A stretch of DNA of 64,000 bases from Octopus vulgaris (lineage: Eukaryota). The translations under genes and the position numbers were made by a program. Under the pieces are notes generated by a model. The model saw only the letters and a list, made by a program, of their open reading frames with translations. It ran no database searches and had not been told where the DNA came from. Below, piece by piece: positions 14,755-26,830 of this stretch (its first letter is position 1; each line of letters starts with the position of its first letter). The stretch covers positions 3,472,001 to 3,536,000 of the forward strand of contig OX597827.1 of NCBI GenBank assembly GCA_951406725.2, written 5' to 3'.

Positions 14755-15068
14755 ATGCTGGTGGCACGTAAAAAGCACCATCCGTTCGTGGCCATTGCCA
14801 GCCTTGCCTGGCCCCCGTGCCGGTGGCACATAAAAAGCACCATCCGATCATAGCCGTTTGCCAGACTCGTCTGGCACCTGTGCCGGTGGCACATAAAAAG
14901 TATCCACTACACTCATGGAGTGGTTGGCATTAGGAAGGGCATCCAGCCGTAGAAACATTGCCAGATCAAACTGGGCCTGGTGCAGCCTTCTGGCTTCCCA
15001 GACCCCAGTTGAACCGTCCAACCCATGCTAGCATGGAAAGCGGACGCTAAACAATGATGATGATGATG

Positions 15069-15070
<2 letters not shown>
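14755..15070 (+). mobile_element. RTE-LINE 3' UTR/tail element (family C) with (GAT)n tail
   Basis: GTGGCACRTAAAAAGCACC subrepeats, GGTTGGCATTAGGAAGGGCATCCAGC motif and GAT tail. The same sequence follows the RTE ORF end at 17916-18887. Confidence 0.85.
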
Positions 15071-15156
<86 letters not shown>

Positions 15157-16079
15157 CACACATGCACACACATATAGTTTTTATTAAAGCCGAAAAAAAT
15201 CTCCACAAACTATTACTCGGAGTTTCAAGCTACTGTTTGTTGGACAGTTGTGTGATCATACTAAAATAGAAATTCTGATGGTCCATGTAATATAATATAT
15301 GATGTAATACAATTCAACAAATAAGCAATTAAATTTGATTGGGTGACTGATTTTCAGAAACATAATAGTCTTGCTACTAGTGAGTAGGGAGGGATAGAAC
15401 TTAATGGTGGAATTTATAAATATTTAATAATAAAATAAAAAAAAACCTTGTGTAAAAGCGAAGGAAAATGGGAAGAATATATCCAGAAAATTAGGAATTG
15501 CAAATGATTAATTATTAATTAAATGGAATAATTGGATTGCAAATTGGGTATTTAAAAGTTGAGATTATAATAAGGGATACATAAAAATAAAGCAATAAAT
15601 GAGAAATTAAATAAATAAATAAGTGTGCAAAAAATCTATAACATTGCAAATGAAAGAAGAAAAAAAAGAGAAAGAAGAAATGATAGCGATATTGGACAGG
15701 TAATTGAATTAAGGCAAGACAGAGAAAGGTGAGGTTGAGGAAGGAGAAAAAAAGCAAAGAAGCGAATTGGCAAAAAGGAGGCCAGAGAGAACGAGGAAGT
15801 GACTGATAAGGGTTATATAAGGGGGGGGGGGGGAGAAATAAGTTGGTAAGTTTATGAATGTTTTGTAACCGACGTGTATTGAAGGTATAATTAAGTAGAA
15901 ATAGTAAGGTAGCAGAAGATTATAGAAAATATGAGGGAACAATACATGGGCACACATATACGGACAGAAAGACTAGTGGAAGGTGTGTATATAAATATAT
16001 ATATATATACATACATACCCCCCCCCAAATTAAAACACCTAAATCTGTATGCTCACACAAATATATACATGGATGTATT

Positions 16080-16467
16080 TTCTTTTATTCTTTTAGCTGT
16101 TTTGGTCATTTGACTGCAGCCATGCTGGAGCACCATCTTTAATCAAACAAATCGACCTCAGGACTTATTCTTTGTAAAACCAGTACTTATTCTATCGGTC
16201 TCTTTTGCCGAACCACTAAATTACAGGTACATACACACACACCAACATCAGTTGTCAAGCAATAGTAGGGAGACAAACACAGACACACAAGCATATACAA
16301 ATAATTGACGGGCTTCTTTCAGTTTCCGTCTACCAAATCCACTCACAAGACCTTGGTCAGCTAAAGGCTATAGTAGAAGATACTTGCCCAAGGTGCAACA
16401 CAGTGGGACTGAACCCAGAACTATGTGGTTGGGAAGCAAGCTTCTTACCACACAGCCACACCTGCAC
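16080..16467 (-). mobile_element. tRNA-derived SINE, family B (CORE-like, ~400 bp)
   Basis: Collinear with the copies at 57633 and 62226; B box GGTTCAGTCCC; CCTTGGGCAAGT core. Confidence 0.85.
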
Positions 16468-16559
16468 TTAAATATATGTATAAATATTCATTAACATATG
16501 TAAAATACACGGATGAGTATAAAACAAATACACATACAAACAAACATACATATAACATT

Positions 16560-17589
16560 TAGGATCTTTTCTGTTTGGCTCACACTTTTCGAAATTTTCA
16601 AATTAAGTGAAAATTTTCAAATTTGGTGTATCGATGTAATTTTTCATACTAGATCTGTGTTTGTTATTCACTCATTTCAGAAAAATTTTACAAAAATGTT
16701 ACAGAGTTTTAAAGTTTGATTAGTTTTACCCAATCAGAAAACAGAATTTGGAAGCTGGCATTTTGTGCATGATGACAACATTACAATAACAAAACATCCA
16801 ATAACAATAAAATAAGTTTTAATGGATAAAGTCATGAGAAATGTTGGAACAGGCATATAAACAATATAATGAATAAAAACTCCTCAATGAATATTTATTG
16901 TTTTTTTAGCAAAAAGTTACAATACATTTTTTGTAGTTAATATTAAAAAAATGAAAGTTTACAATGCACTCTTGGTGACTATCAAACAACTTACAATTTT
17001 TGTATCTCCTGCACCACATAAACTCACAGCGATAGGAATCAACCATAGAACAATGAGTTCCCCAGCCTCATTTATGACCTCATTTTACACTGGCCCATGT
17101 GCTTTCCACTTGTTGCTTGTGGGTAGCATCTTTTGAGTTAATAAACTCAATGCTGTGGTTTACTGTTCTCCTCAGAATAACAATTTCTCCATCATATTCA
17201 AGAGGTTAAATGAGTTGGCTGGGGTCATACTTCTATTCGAGTTAAAAAGGTCGAGGTAAACACAGTTCAAAATTATGAAAATGAGGTAGTGACAGGACAG
17301 CAACTGAAAATATCCATTTCTCACACAAAAAAAACACAGGTGAAGCAGACTATATAGCTTGGCTTGTTGCTATGGAAACAGGTATCAATATGTTTGTAGC
17401 TTTCGATTGGCTAAAATTACTCCAAAATTTGTAAACTTCATAAGCCATTAATGTTATATCTATTGATTTATGGCAAAAAAGTAATTCATTTCAATAATTA
17501 GCATATAAAGCTACAACACACCAAATTTGAAATTAATTGGAACCAAATTAAAGGAATTGGAATGTGTGAGTCAAACAGAAAAGATTCTA
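16560..17589. mobile_element. Non-autonomous DNA transposon (~1.03 kb), superfamily unassigned
   Basis: Terminal IR TAG(G/A)ATCTTTTCTGTTTG(G/A)CTCACAC with patchy subterminal inverted similarity over ~190 bp; no ORF. Confidence 0.8.
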
Positions 17590-17915
17590 AAATCGCATTT
17601 TGTCTTGATATGGGTATTGTTCCCTTTCATGCATTTGTAGAAAGTTATATATGCACATGAGTATACCTGAGCGAGTGGATATGGACTTAGGAATATGTGT
17701 GTGTGTGCATACACAGACACACACACATATATATTTGAAAGTCTATGAGGATTATTTAATACAACTTTTGAAGTGTAAAGATGATTTTTTGTTTCAATTA
17801 TTTTTTAAAAAATTGTTATGAAATCTGGTACGAGGATGTTACTAACCATTTTCAGGAAGAAATTTTTTCTAGTGTGTGAGCACTTTCATTAAACCTTTTC
17901 AAACACATGTGCTCT

Positions 17916-18887
17916 GATTATATATATATCATCATCATCGTTTAACGTCCGTTTTCCGTGCTAGCACGGGTTGGACGGTTCGACCGGGGTCTGGGAAGCC
18001 AGGGGCTGCACCAGGCTCCATTCTGATCTGGCAGTGTTTCTACAGCTGGATGCCCTTCCTAACGCCAACCACTCCGCGGGTGTAGTGGGTGCTTTTTACG
18101 TGCCACTGGCACAGGTGCCAGGTGAGTCTGGCATCAGCCACGATCGGTTGGTGCTTTTAACGTGCCACCAGCACGGAAGCCAGCCAAGGCGGCGCTGGCA
18201 TCGGCCACGTTCGGATGGTGCTTTTTATGTGCCACCAGCACAGAAGCCAGTCAAGGTGGTGCTGACATCAGCCACGTTCGGATGGTGCTTTTTATGTGCC
18301 ACCGGCACAGGTATCACAACTACAATTTCCATTGATATTTGTTTCGATGTTCATGTACATGCACTTGACTCAACAGGTCTCCTCAAGCACAGCGAGACGT
18401 TCTGGGATCCAAGGTACTTTGAATGGGCAGGGGCTATGCGGAACTGGTACCGGAAGCAGCCCGGGTCTTTGCAGTCACAGCACATCTCCAGTGATCTCGG
18501 TCCTTCGCCATTGCCTCAGTGAGGCCCAACGCTCTGAGGTCATGCTTGACTACCTCATCCCATGTCTTCCTGGGTCTACCTCTCCCCTGATTCCTTCAAC
18601 TGTTTGGGAGCGGCACTTCTTCACACATCTCTCCTCATCCATCCGCAGTACATGACCATACCATCACAAGCGTCGCTCTTGCACACCACATCTGATGCTT
18701 CTTATGTCCAGCATTTCTCTCAGGGTGCTTACACTCTGTCGTGCATGCACACTGACATTACACATCCAATGGATCATGCTAGCTTCATTTCTTTCAAGTC
18801 TACGCATGTCCTCTGCAGTCACGGCCCATGTTTCACTACTGTGAAGCATGGCAGTTCGCACACATGCATCATACAATCTACCTTTCA
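17916..18887 (-). mobile_element. 5'-truncated RTE-clade LINE with 21-25-bp TSD
   Basis: ORF end KGRLYDACVRTAMLHSSETW...RRL*WYGHVLRM, 3' UTR subrepeats and (GAT)n tail. TSD CTTTTCAAACACATGTGCTCT at 17895-17915 and 18892-18912. Confidence 0.92.
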
Positions 18888-18907
18888 AAATCTTTTCAAA
18901 CACATGT

Positions 18908-19140
18908 GCTCTTACGCTAGAAAGAGATCCACATAGGTCTCAACCACTAAGAATTGTTCTCCAGAAAAATTTAGCAAACCAGAAACGTAAGCAAGCAAGA
19001 CAAATGAAAAAAATGGATTAATCTATATTTTTGTTACTTTTCATTTGTCTTGCTCGCTTACGTTTCTGGTTTGCTAAATTTTTCTGGAGAACAATTCTTA
19101 GTGGTTGAGACCTATGTGGATCTCTTTCTAGCATAAGGGC
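18908..19140. repeat. ~230-bp near-perfect palindrome (100-bp arms)
   Basis: 18911-19010 is the reverse complement of 19038-19137 with 2 mismatches. Confidence 0.97.
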
Positions 19141-19279
19141 TTCCACATAGTGGTTCCTTCTTATATATATATATATATACATATATAGACATACACACAC
19201 AAATATAACTGCATATATATATCAAGTTATATGCATGCCAGGAAGTTGTATGTGTGCAAGTACAAAACCAGAGAAAGAA

Positions 19280-19650
19280 AAAGATTCAAGAATTCAGGGA
19301 GATATCTCTGATAACAAAAGGATTTCTCTCAGAGTGAAAGGAAAATTACAGTACCGCATGGTGGTAAAATGTAAACCTTGATTGGAGAGGTTTTGAGAAG
19401 ACAGAAATTAATACATGGCGTATGTTCTTTTGGAGGTGTAATGTTAGTTTGCATGAATAATGGGGCACAAATAAGCTAAGAGTAATGACGGATATACCAG
19501 AAGTTTAAATACAGTTCACAAGTGAAAGAGAAAACTGCATTGGTACATGCTTGTGATATGTATGGAAGATGTCATTTGTATAAGGAAGTGCCAAGCACTC
19601 CAAATGAATGGAATTTGTGGAAAAAAGACAGCTAAGAAGCCGTAAAGAAC
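19280..19650 (+). mobile_element. Old degenerate RTE LINE 3' fragment
   Basis: Similar to the CTCAGAGTAAAAGG (SLRVKG) and downstream LHWY/KKC regions of the younger RTE copies. Confidence 0.55.
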
Positions 19651-21060
19651 CTTTCATTTAAATAGTAGTTGTAATGAAGATTGAGAAAGAGAATACTGAT
19701 AATTTGGGAAAGCAAATTGCTTTGGGGCACCAGGAGTGGTGTTTTTCCCTAAAGTCAAATGACGTGTGGTTATTTTTGTCTTTAGGAAGGGGTCTGGCAG
19801 ATTGTCAAGGAGCCCTCCCTTGCTCTACAGATCGTTTACTGGTTGAATCCCATTCTTATAGGTTCTGCTCTCACGACCATCTACAGTTCTTCCTGTTTCT
19901 TAGCTTCAGTTCATCTAATACTCAACGTCTCTGTTTGTGTAACAAGGGGTAGCACTTGAGTTGTGTGGATTTGTATATGCCACAAGAATAACCTTTTGTC
20001 ACCCAACATGCATACCTTGCATTATTCTGTCTATGTAACAAGAGATGGTAATAGAACAGTTCACTCCAACACCCCAACCATCACCAGTCTTCACTTCATT
20101 ATTTGCCATCATTTTATTACTTATTATCTCACTGAATTCTAACCATTCCTTTATTGTTTACCATTACTTATAATCAAAGATGACTCGACAGCAGGTATGA
20201 TGTTCTCACTAATAGTTTTAGGAACCCATACAATTGTGAGTAGACACAAATAACCTCTTGGCTCCCTCTCATCCCTGACCCTGTAGTACATCCAGGGTGT
20301 ACTGAATGGAAAGAAGGCTGCACCAGCATGGACTGGTATTTCATTTATTAATCCCAGAAGGATAAAAGACCAAGCTGACCTAGGTAGAATTTGAACTCAT
20401 ACTAATGACCTGAGACAAACACCTACAACAGAGAGGGTTCTATAAAAAGTTGCTAAGGGTTAGATTTTAAACCAGTCAAAGAATTGTCTTCCACCCCCAC
20501 AAAAAAATCAATGGTCTCTCTCTCTCTCATAAGCTTCCATTTACAAAGTTTTGGTCAACTTGAACACCAAAAGTGCCATGCAGTGGAATTGAACCTGTGA
20601 CTATGTGCAGGCAAAGTGAACTCCTGAACAACATGGCCTGCACTCACTATTATTCATGTTTTTATTCCAAGCAACGACATGCAAGGACATAACTGGACTG
20701 GAATACTACTACTGCCTTTGTGGCCAACTGTTTTGTTTTAACCCATAATCTGTTGTTGTTTTACTTCTTCATTTATGTGCATGCATGTGTGTGTGTGCAT
20801 GTGTGTGTGTATGTGCATGTGTGTGTGTGTGTGTGTGTGTGTTCTATAATATAATTATATTTGCTAGCTTCAGTGTGTAAAGTGTAGTGTTTTATGACAC
20901 TTCATAAAAGCCAACAGAGTTCATAGAAACTGTTCTGCTGTTCTATCTTTCTTCTGGACAACAACTAGAGATAGACAGACAACAAAAACGCTTGCATAGC
21001 TGAGAATATTAGAAAACACTTTATCTAAATCATACTTTTTTATGTATTATGTCTTGTTGC

Positions 21061-21108
<48 letters not shown>

Positions 21109-21919
21109 ATGTGTTAGTATTGACAAAGCTTCTTGTCACAATTCAGAAACTTTATAATCATTTCTTCTTTCCACCCTACCACTAACCATTTTCTGTTTTT
21201 TTTTACATTTTTTAAAAATCTTGTTGTGTGTACTTTCCCAGTCATCCATTCACCCCCTCTCCAGATAATAGACAGGCCTTTGTATCCCTTGAGTTAAGAC
21301 TAGTCTATTATTTCTTGAAGGGAACCACACAGTGGACATCTGGCAACCTATGAGAGAAGCCTAGTTTATTAGATTTCAGCTATACTCAACAGAGGGGGGA
21401 AAAAATCTATAGAGGAAGCCAAGGCAAAAATAAATAACTAAAAAACAAATAATAAAAGTACAAGATAAAAAATAAGATAAAAAGATAAAAAAATTATAAA
21501 CATCAAGTTGTATAACTTGACAGTATTGTGTGCGGTGGTTATACACTTTTGTAAAAAAAGGAAGCCGTAAATATATAAATAAATATGCGCGTGTGTGTGT
21601 ATATATCTTTTGGAAATATGGTTTAGGTTTTATAGCCTATATAACAATAAAGAAAGCAAGATTAAAAAACATTATATATCATGTGTGTGCATATGCATAA
21701 TTATGATTGTTTCTGTGTGTATATGTGTATATGTGTGTGTGTGTGTGTGTGTTCTCATATTTCTATGTTGATGTATGTATTTGCATTTATGTATATTCAT
21801 ATGTAAATGTTCATATTTCCATATTTGTGTATATGTGCATGTATGTTCATGTGTTTGTATATTTGTACATGAGAAGGTATGTATGTGTATATGCATAAAT
21901 GTATGCATCTTTGCATGTA

Positions 21920-21969
<50 letters not shown>

Positions 21970-23946
21970 CATGAATGTATGTCTCTATGTATATACATAC
22001 GACCTGTACTATGTGTATAGAGAAATATATTTTTTCAAATATGAGTGAAAGGCCATAACAAAACAAAATAATAAAGAAAAAAGGAAGATAAGACAGGATA
22101 AAAATATATAGATATTTGAAGTAAAGTAACCCTGCCCCCCCCCCCTTCCTTACAAAAAAAAAAACAACGGAAAACAAGAAAAACACACACACACACGCAC
22201 CACTCAAAAAAACAAATATAAATCAATATGGAGTTGTAAAAAAAAGAAAAAAAAAAGGATGTTTAAGCCCAACTGAAAAGTGTTAAGCTTTTCGAAACAA
22301 AACACATCTGATGGATGGGATAAAATGCAACTGGCCACAAAACCGATCCCAACATATTTGCATGACAGTACGGCACTACTCGCACCAGTGAAATTGTCTT
22401 CATACACACAAACTACAGATAAATCACCTTCTGCTGTCTTGCTTAGCTATCTTTTCACGTCAGTTGAGGCCTATTCATAAATGTCACTCTCCTGGCTTTT
22501 TACCACCACCACCACCACCACAAGTCCACCACTGCCATCCCCACCATCCCTCTTATTTCATTGTTTTTTTTTCTTCTTGCATTTATCATTTTTATTATTA
22601 TCATTATTACATTCATTATTATTATTATTATTATTATTACCATCATCATCATCATTCGCCAGTATACAGGGTTCATAGCCAGTAAATACATATGATCCAT
22701 TGCTTTATACACAGGATTTTATTACCAGCTTATAACAGGGTTTTCACCTCCCCCCCACTCCACTCATTTTTATTTATTTATTTATTATGTTTAGCTTCAC
22801 TAAAAAAAAACTGATGTAAAACAAAACAAATGGTTTGAAAACAATGAAGGAATATGATAGCGCAAAGGCAAAAGACAGAATAAAGAGTCTAAAATCATTT
22901 AAAATTTAATTTCATTTTAAATTCTAATTTTCCCCATTTTTTTCTTTTTTTGTTAACACTTTTTATGTAAGTTAATGTCATTATCTGTTAAGTTTAATTT
23001 GATCCATAAGTAAATTGCTATAAATTTTAAACTGTCAATTAGCACCAATTCATAATCCCTAAAAGAGCATTTTTGCTTTTGTTGTTCTTTTTTTGGTTTT
23101 TTCGTTATGAGGGAAGACAGTGTCCAGACCTTTTACAGAACTAGTTGAAAGGAAGAATGTATCGTGTATCCTTAAACTAGAGATCAAGTGAAAATGCTGT
23201 TAAAAGTACCCCAAGGTGAGGCAGAGGTGTTAAGCTGAGAGATGGATTAGGATTAAGCCTACAACCTATGTAGATTGTACTTATTGTCAGGATTTGAACT
23301 CAGGTGCAAAGAGCTAAAACACACACTGAAAGGCATTCGGTCCAATGTTCTTCAGTTCTGTCAATGCACTGCCCTTGATTAGAACTCAATTTATCAACCC
23401 CAAAAAGTCGAAAGCAAAATTAACCACAATAGGATTTGAACTCTGAGTGCAGAGTGCCAGAGCATTTTTGTCCAATTCTCCATCTGTACAGGGAAAAATG
23501 TGTGTATATGTAGTAATGTGAGTAAATGTGAGTATTACAGTGTGTAAACGTGATACTGTGTGTGCATGTGTGTGTATGTAGTAATGTGTAGATGTAAGTA
23601 TTAAGGTCTGTAAACATTTAGATGTAATTATCTATATACATTCATAAATGCATGCGTGTTAGCACACACATACACTCACACAAATATACATACATGCACA
23701 CATGCAAGGATAAACATATACATATTACCATACACTGATAGGTTAAATATACAATAAATGGCAGAATATGAAATGCAGCATTCAGACCATCACCAAGAAT
23801 GTTGACAGAGCAAAAGAAAATAGGGAGATCAAGGAAGATATGGGAAAGAGTGCTGAGGTAAGAGCACAGAGTTTAAAGTCTCAGACAAGAGAAAACAGTA
23901 CATTATTTACATTTGATGGATATTTGTCCTCATCTTGTTTGTTGTT

Positions 23947-23992
23947 AACACAACATTCCAGCTGATATACTCTCCAGCCTTCATCAGGTGTC
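23947..23992 (-). ncRNA. Minimal type I hammerhead ribozyme-like motif (core variant, probably inactive)
   Basis: GACAC-CUGAUGA-A-GGCUG(10 nt)CAGCU-GGAAU-GUU-GUGUU. Stems I and II pair, but GAAA reads GGAA. Confidence 0.55.
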
Positions 23993-24277
23993 TTAGGGAA
24001 ATTTCAAACCTGGGCTCTCATTCCTAAGGTATTTTTCAATGTTGTTGTTATTATTATTATTATTCAGGTCACTGCCTGGAATCAAACTCGGAATTTTGGG
24101 GTTAGTAGCCCGCACTCTTAACTACTACACCATATGCCCGAGCATATGGCATAGTGGTTAAGAGTGCAGGCTACTAACCCCAAGATTTTGAGTTCGATTC
24201 CAGGCAGTAACTTGAATAATAATAATAATATCGAAAAGTACCTTAGGAATGAGAATCCAGGTTTGAAATTTCCCCAA

Positions 24278-24323
24278 GACATCTGATGAAGGCTAGAGAG
24301 TATATCAGCCGGAACGTTATATT
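24278..24323 (+). ncRNA. Minimal type I hammerhead ribozyme-like motif (core variant, probably inactive)
   Basis: GACAU-CUGAUGA-A-GGCUA(10 nt)CAGCC-GGAAC-GUU-AUAUU, with palindromic AACGUU as helix III. Confidence 0.55.
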
Positions 24324-25066
24324 AACAACAAACAAACTGTAAATAATGTAAAAAATATACATAATTCCTCATCTCTTAAATATAGAACTGCGAGATAAAA
24401 CAGGATCAATTAAAGTGGCAATGTGCCCTACTGTAGTTCTGTACATGAAGAAAAAGAAAGAGGAAAAAAGACAGTTATCAGCAATAATAACTCTTTATAA
24501 ATTTGGCACAAGGCCAGTAATTCTCAATGGTGGGATAGTTGATTACATAAATCCGAGTACTTGTCTGGTACTTTATTTTATTGACCCTGAAAGGATGAAA
24601 AGTAATGTTCACCTTAGAGGTATTTGTACTTAGAACACAAAGTGTCAGAAGAAATGCTGCCAAGCATTTTATCTGACACAATCACGATTCTGTCAGCTCA
24701 CCACTTTTCACAAATGATGATGATTTCGAATTTTGGCACAAGGCCGGCAATATATTGGGGGAAGAGGGTAAGTCAACTTGTACCTTTTTTTTCTTTCGAC
24801 CCCAACAGGAAGAAAGGCAAAAGTGGACCTCAGCGGAATTTGAATTAAAAAAATTTAGACAGAAGTTTGCTGCTAAGAAGTTTGTCTGGCAGTATTGCAC
24901 CATACCTAGCGGTATTGCCAATCCAAATCTTTCTGGAAGTTATCCATAGAACTCAACCTGAAAATCCTCTGGAACAGACCAGCTATTTCAATTTCATCAA
25001 TACTCAGAGTTTCACCAAAAATGCTACCACTCTTCCCTGCTACTTCCCTGCTTTATAGATTGTTTA

Positions 25067-26446
25067 AAAAGGGTGGATTATACATTGCTTGTATATGAAC
25101 TCTGATGCTGCTTGGTAGTAACACAGCAATTTCGTGGGGAACAGGGCAAGTTGATTCCATCAACCACAGTATTTGTCTAGTACTTCATTTTATCAACCCC
25201 AAGAGGATGAAAGGCAATGTTGACCTGAGCAGAATTTGAACTCAGCATGTAAATAGCTGGAAGAAATGTTTTCCATTGCACCAAGCATGTTTCCCATTAA
25301 TGATTCTGCCAGCTCACCACCTTCATAACTGTTACAGATTGCTAACAACCATATTGCTCAGCAGGTAGAGAGTGAGAAGTTAGGTTTAGTCTTTGCTTAA
25401 AATAGGATTGCCATTCTGTCGAAGAGGCAAAAAACATTTTCCCTAACAAACAAAGAACACACCTGCTCACCATGCAAATGGCTTTCGTTCTCTCATATTT
25501 TAGTGCACAACTTTGGTTTTGGAAATGCAGTTTTTGTTTCACACTGAAGAAATATTTGAAGATCATAATCACTCCTAATGCCCTCCCTTATTGCATTCTT
25601 CTAATTTTCTATCTCTTTATTCTATTCCTTTTCATCACTTGTTCTGTGCTGAACATTATCAAATATATTTAAATTGTTCTCTTCAGGACACTACACCATT
25701 GGTTATTGAGGATTTGCCGTGTTAAATGCCACCTGAATAACACACAAATCTGAAAAATGTAACCTCTGCCTACTAAGAAGATATCAACATATCCCAGTAA
25801 CCAGGTCATGTCTATGAGCCGTCGAAGTTGACCCTGCAGATCACAAATTTGTGACCTGTGTAGCCAACCAGCTTAACATATAAATACCATACTTTGTCCA
25901 CTGACTTAATGAAAACTTTATCTAGGTACAATATGGATTACTCGCGGTGGTTGTTCCATATCCACACTGGTACATTCAAGAAATCCATTCTGTTAGAGAG
26001 AACGAAATTTCTGGGTATATGTCCAAGGTTGTTACATTCACAACTTCTATGGCTTCAACCCACATCATCCCAACATCATCATCATCATCATCATCGTTTA
26101 GCGTCCGCTTTCCATGCTAGCATGGGTTGGACGGTTCAACTGGGGTCTGGGAAGCCAGAAGGCTGCACCAGGCCCAGTTTGATCTGGCAATGCTTCTACG
26201 GCTGGATGCCCTTCCTAACATGTGTCTAAAATCAATTTCAGTCTCCAACAGATACTAAAGAATGCAACATTCCAAAGAAAGCGTCTACATACCTGAAGAA
26301 TCCCATCCAACACGGAGAATTGGTGACCACTACACTGAATAGTTGTTTTTACCGTCGTTCATATTCGGTACCATGAACTTACTGAGAAAAGGATAGATTA
26401 TACATTGCTTGTATATGAACTCTGATGCTGCATGGCAGTAACACAG
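25067..26446 (+). repeat. 60-bp direct repeat pair (25067-25126 and 26387-26446)
   Basis: 56/60 identical, offset 1320 bp. Confidence 0.9.
26074..26218 (-). mobile_element. Family C (RTE tail) fragment
   Basis: Near-identical reverse complement of 14930-15065, with (CAT)n. Confidence 0.85.
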
Positions 26447-26469
26447 GTTATTGAGTGCAGAGGGGACAT

Positions 26470-26830
26470 GAATACTGAAGAGAGATAGAGGATGTTCTAT
26501 TGAACATGTTATGGTACCTGAGTGACTCAATACAGGTGGCCTGAAACATAAGCCGGGACAAAAAGGCAATCAGATGCAGTAAGAGGGTCAGCTGCATTGG
26601 TACAAGCTTTTGGAGTTACCAAATGGATGATAATAGATGGGTAAAGAAGTGCCAGAAGACTGAATTGGAAGGAAATTGTATGAGAAGAAGATCAAGGAAG
26701 ACATGGGCAGAAGTGGTGAATGCTGATCTCCAGTTGCTGAACCTCACAAACGAGATGAAAGAATGCAACAAATGATAAGAAACTTATAGAAGACCTGGCC
26801 ACTCAGACAAGTGTAGAAAAGCAGGCATAG
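26470..26830 (+). mobile_element. Old RTE LINE 3' ORF fragment
   Basis: Broken translation LHWY...MDDNRWVKKC...LEGNCMRRRSRKTWAEVVNADLQLLNLT. Confidence 0.65.

Larger units (their letters stand above)
23899..24390. mobile_element. Head-to-head palindromic element: tRNA-like head + (AAT)n + Penelope-type hammerhead-like tail in each arm
   Basis: Arms 23936-24137 and 24142-24335 are ~89% identical by hand count, with a CCGA centre and an outer match between 23899-23911 and 24338-24350. A box 24147-24157, B box 24190-24201. Confidence 0.85.

Noticed and set aside
18088-18308. Four ~25-bp repeats (GGTGCTTTTTAYGTGCCACCRGCAC) at 62-67-bp spacing, CRISPR-like in appearance (also at 14760-14900)
   Set aside because: The spacers resemble each other, there are no cas genes, the context is eukaryotic, and they are subrepeats of the RTE 3' UTR.
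17971-18522. 183-aa plus-strand ORF
   Set aside because: Antisense to the RTE ORF end and 3' UTR; no independent coding signal.
24070-24210. Pair of tRNA genes with an ACT anticodon
   Set aside because: Acceptor and T stems pair poorly and the heads are fused to a repeat body; treated as tRNA-derived heads.
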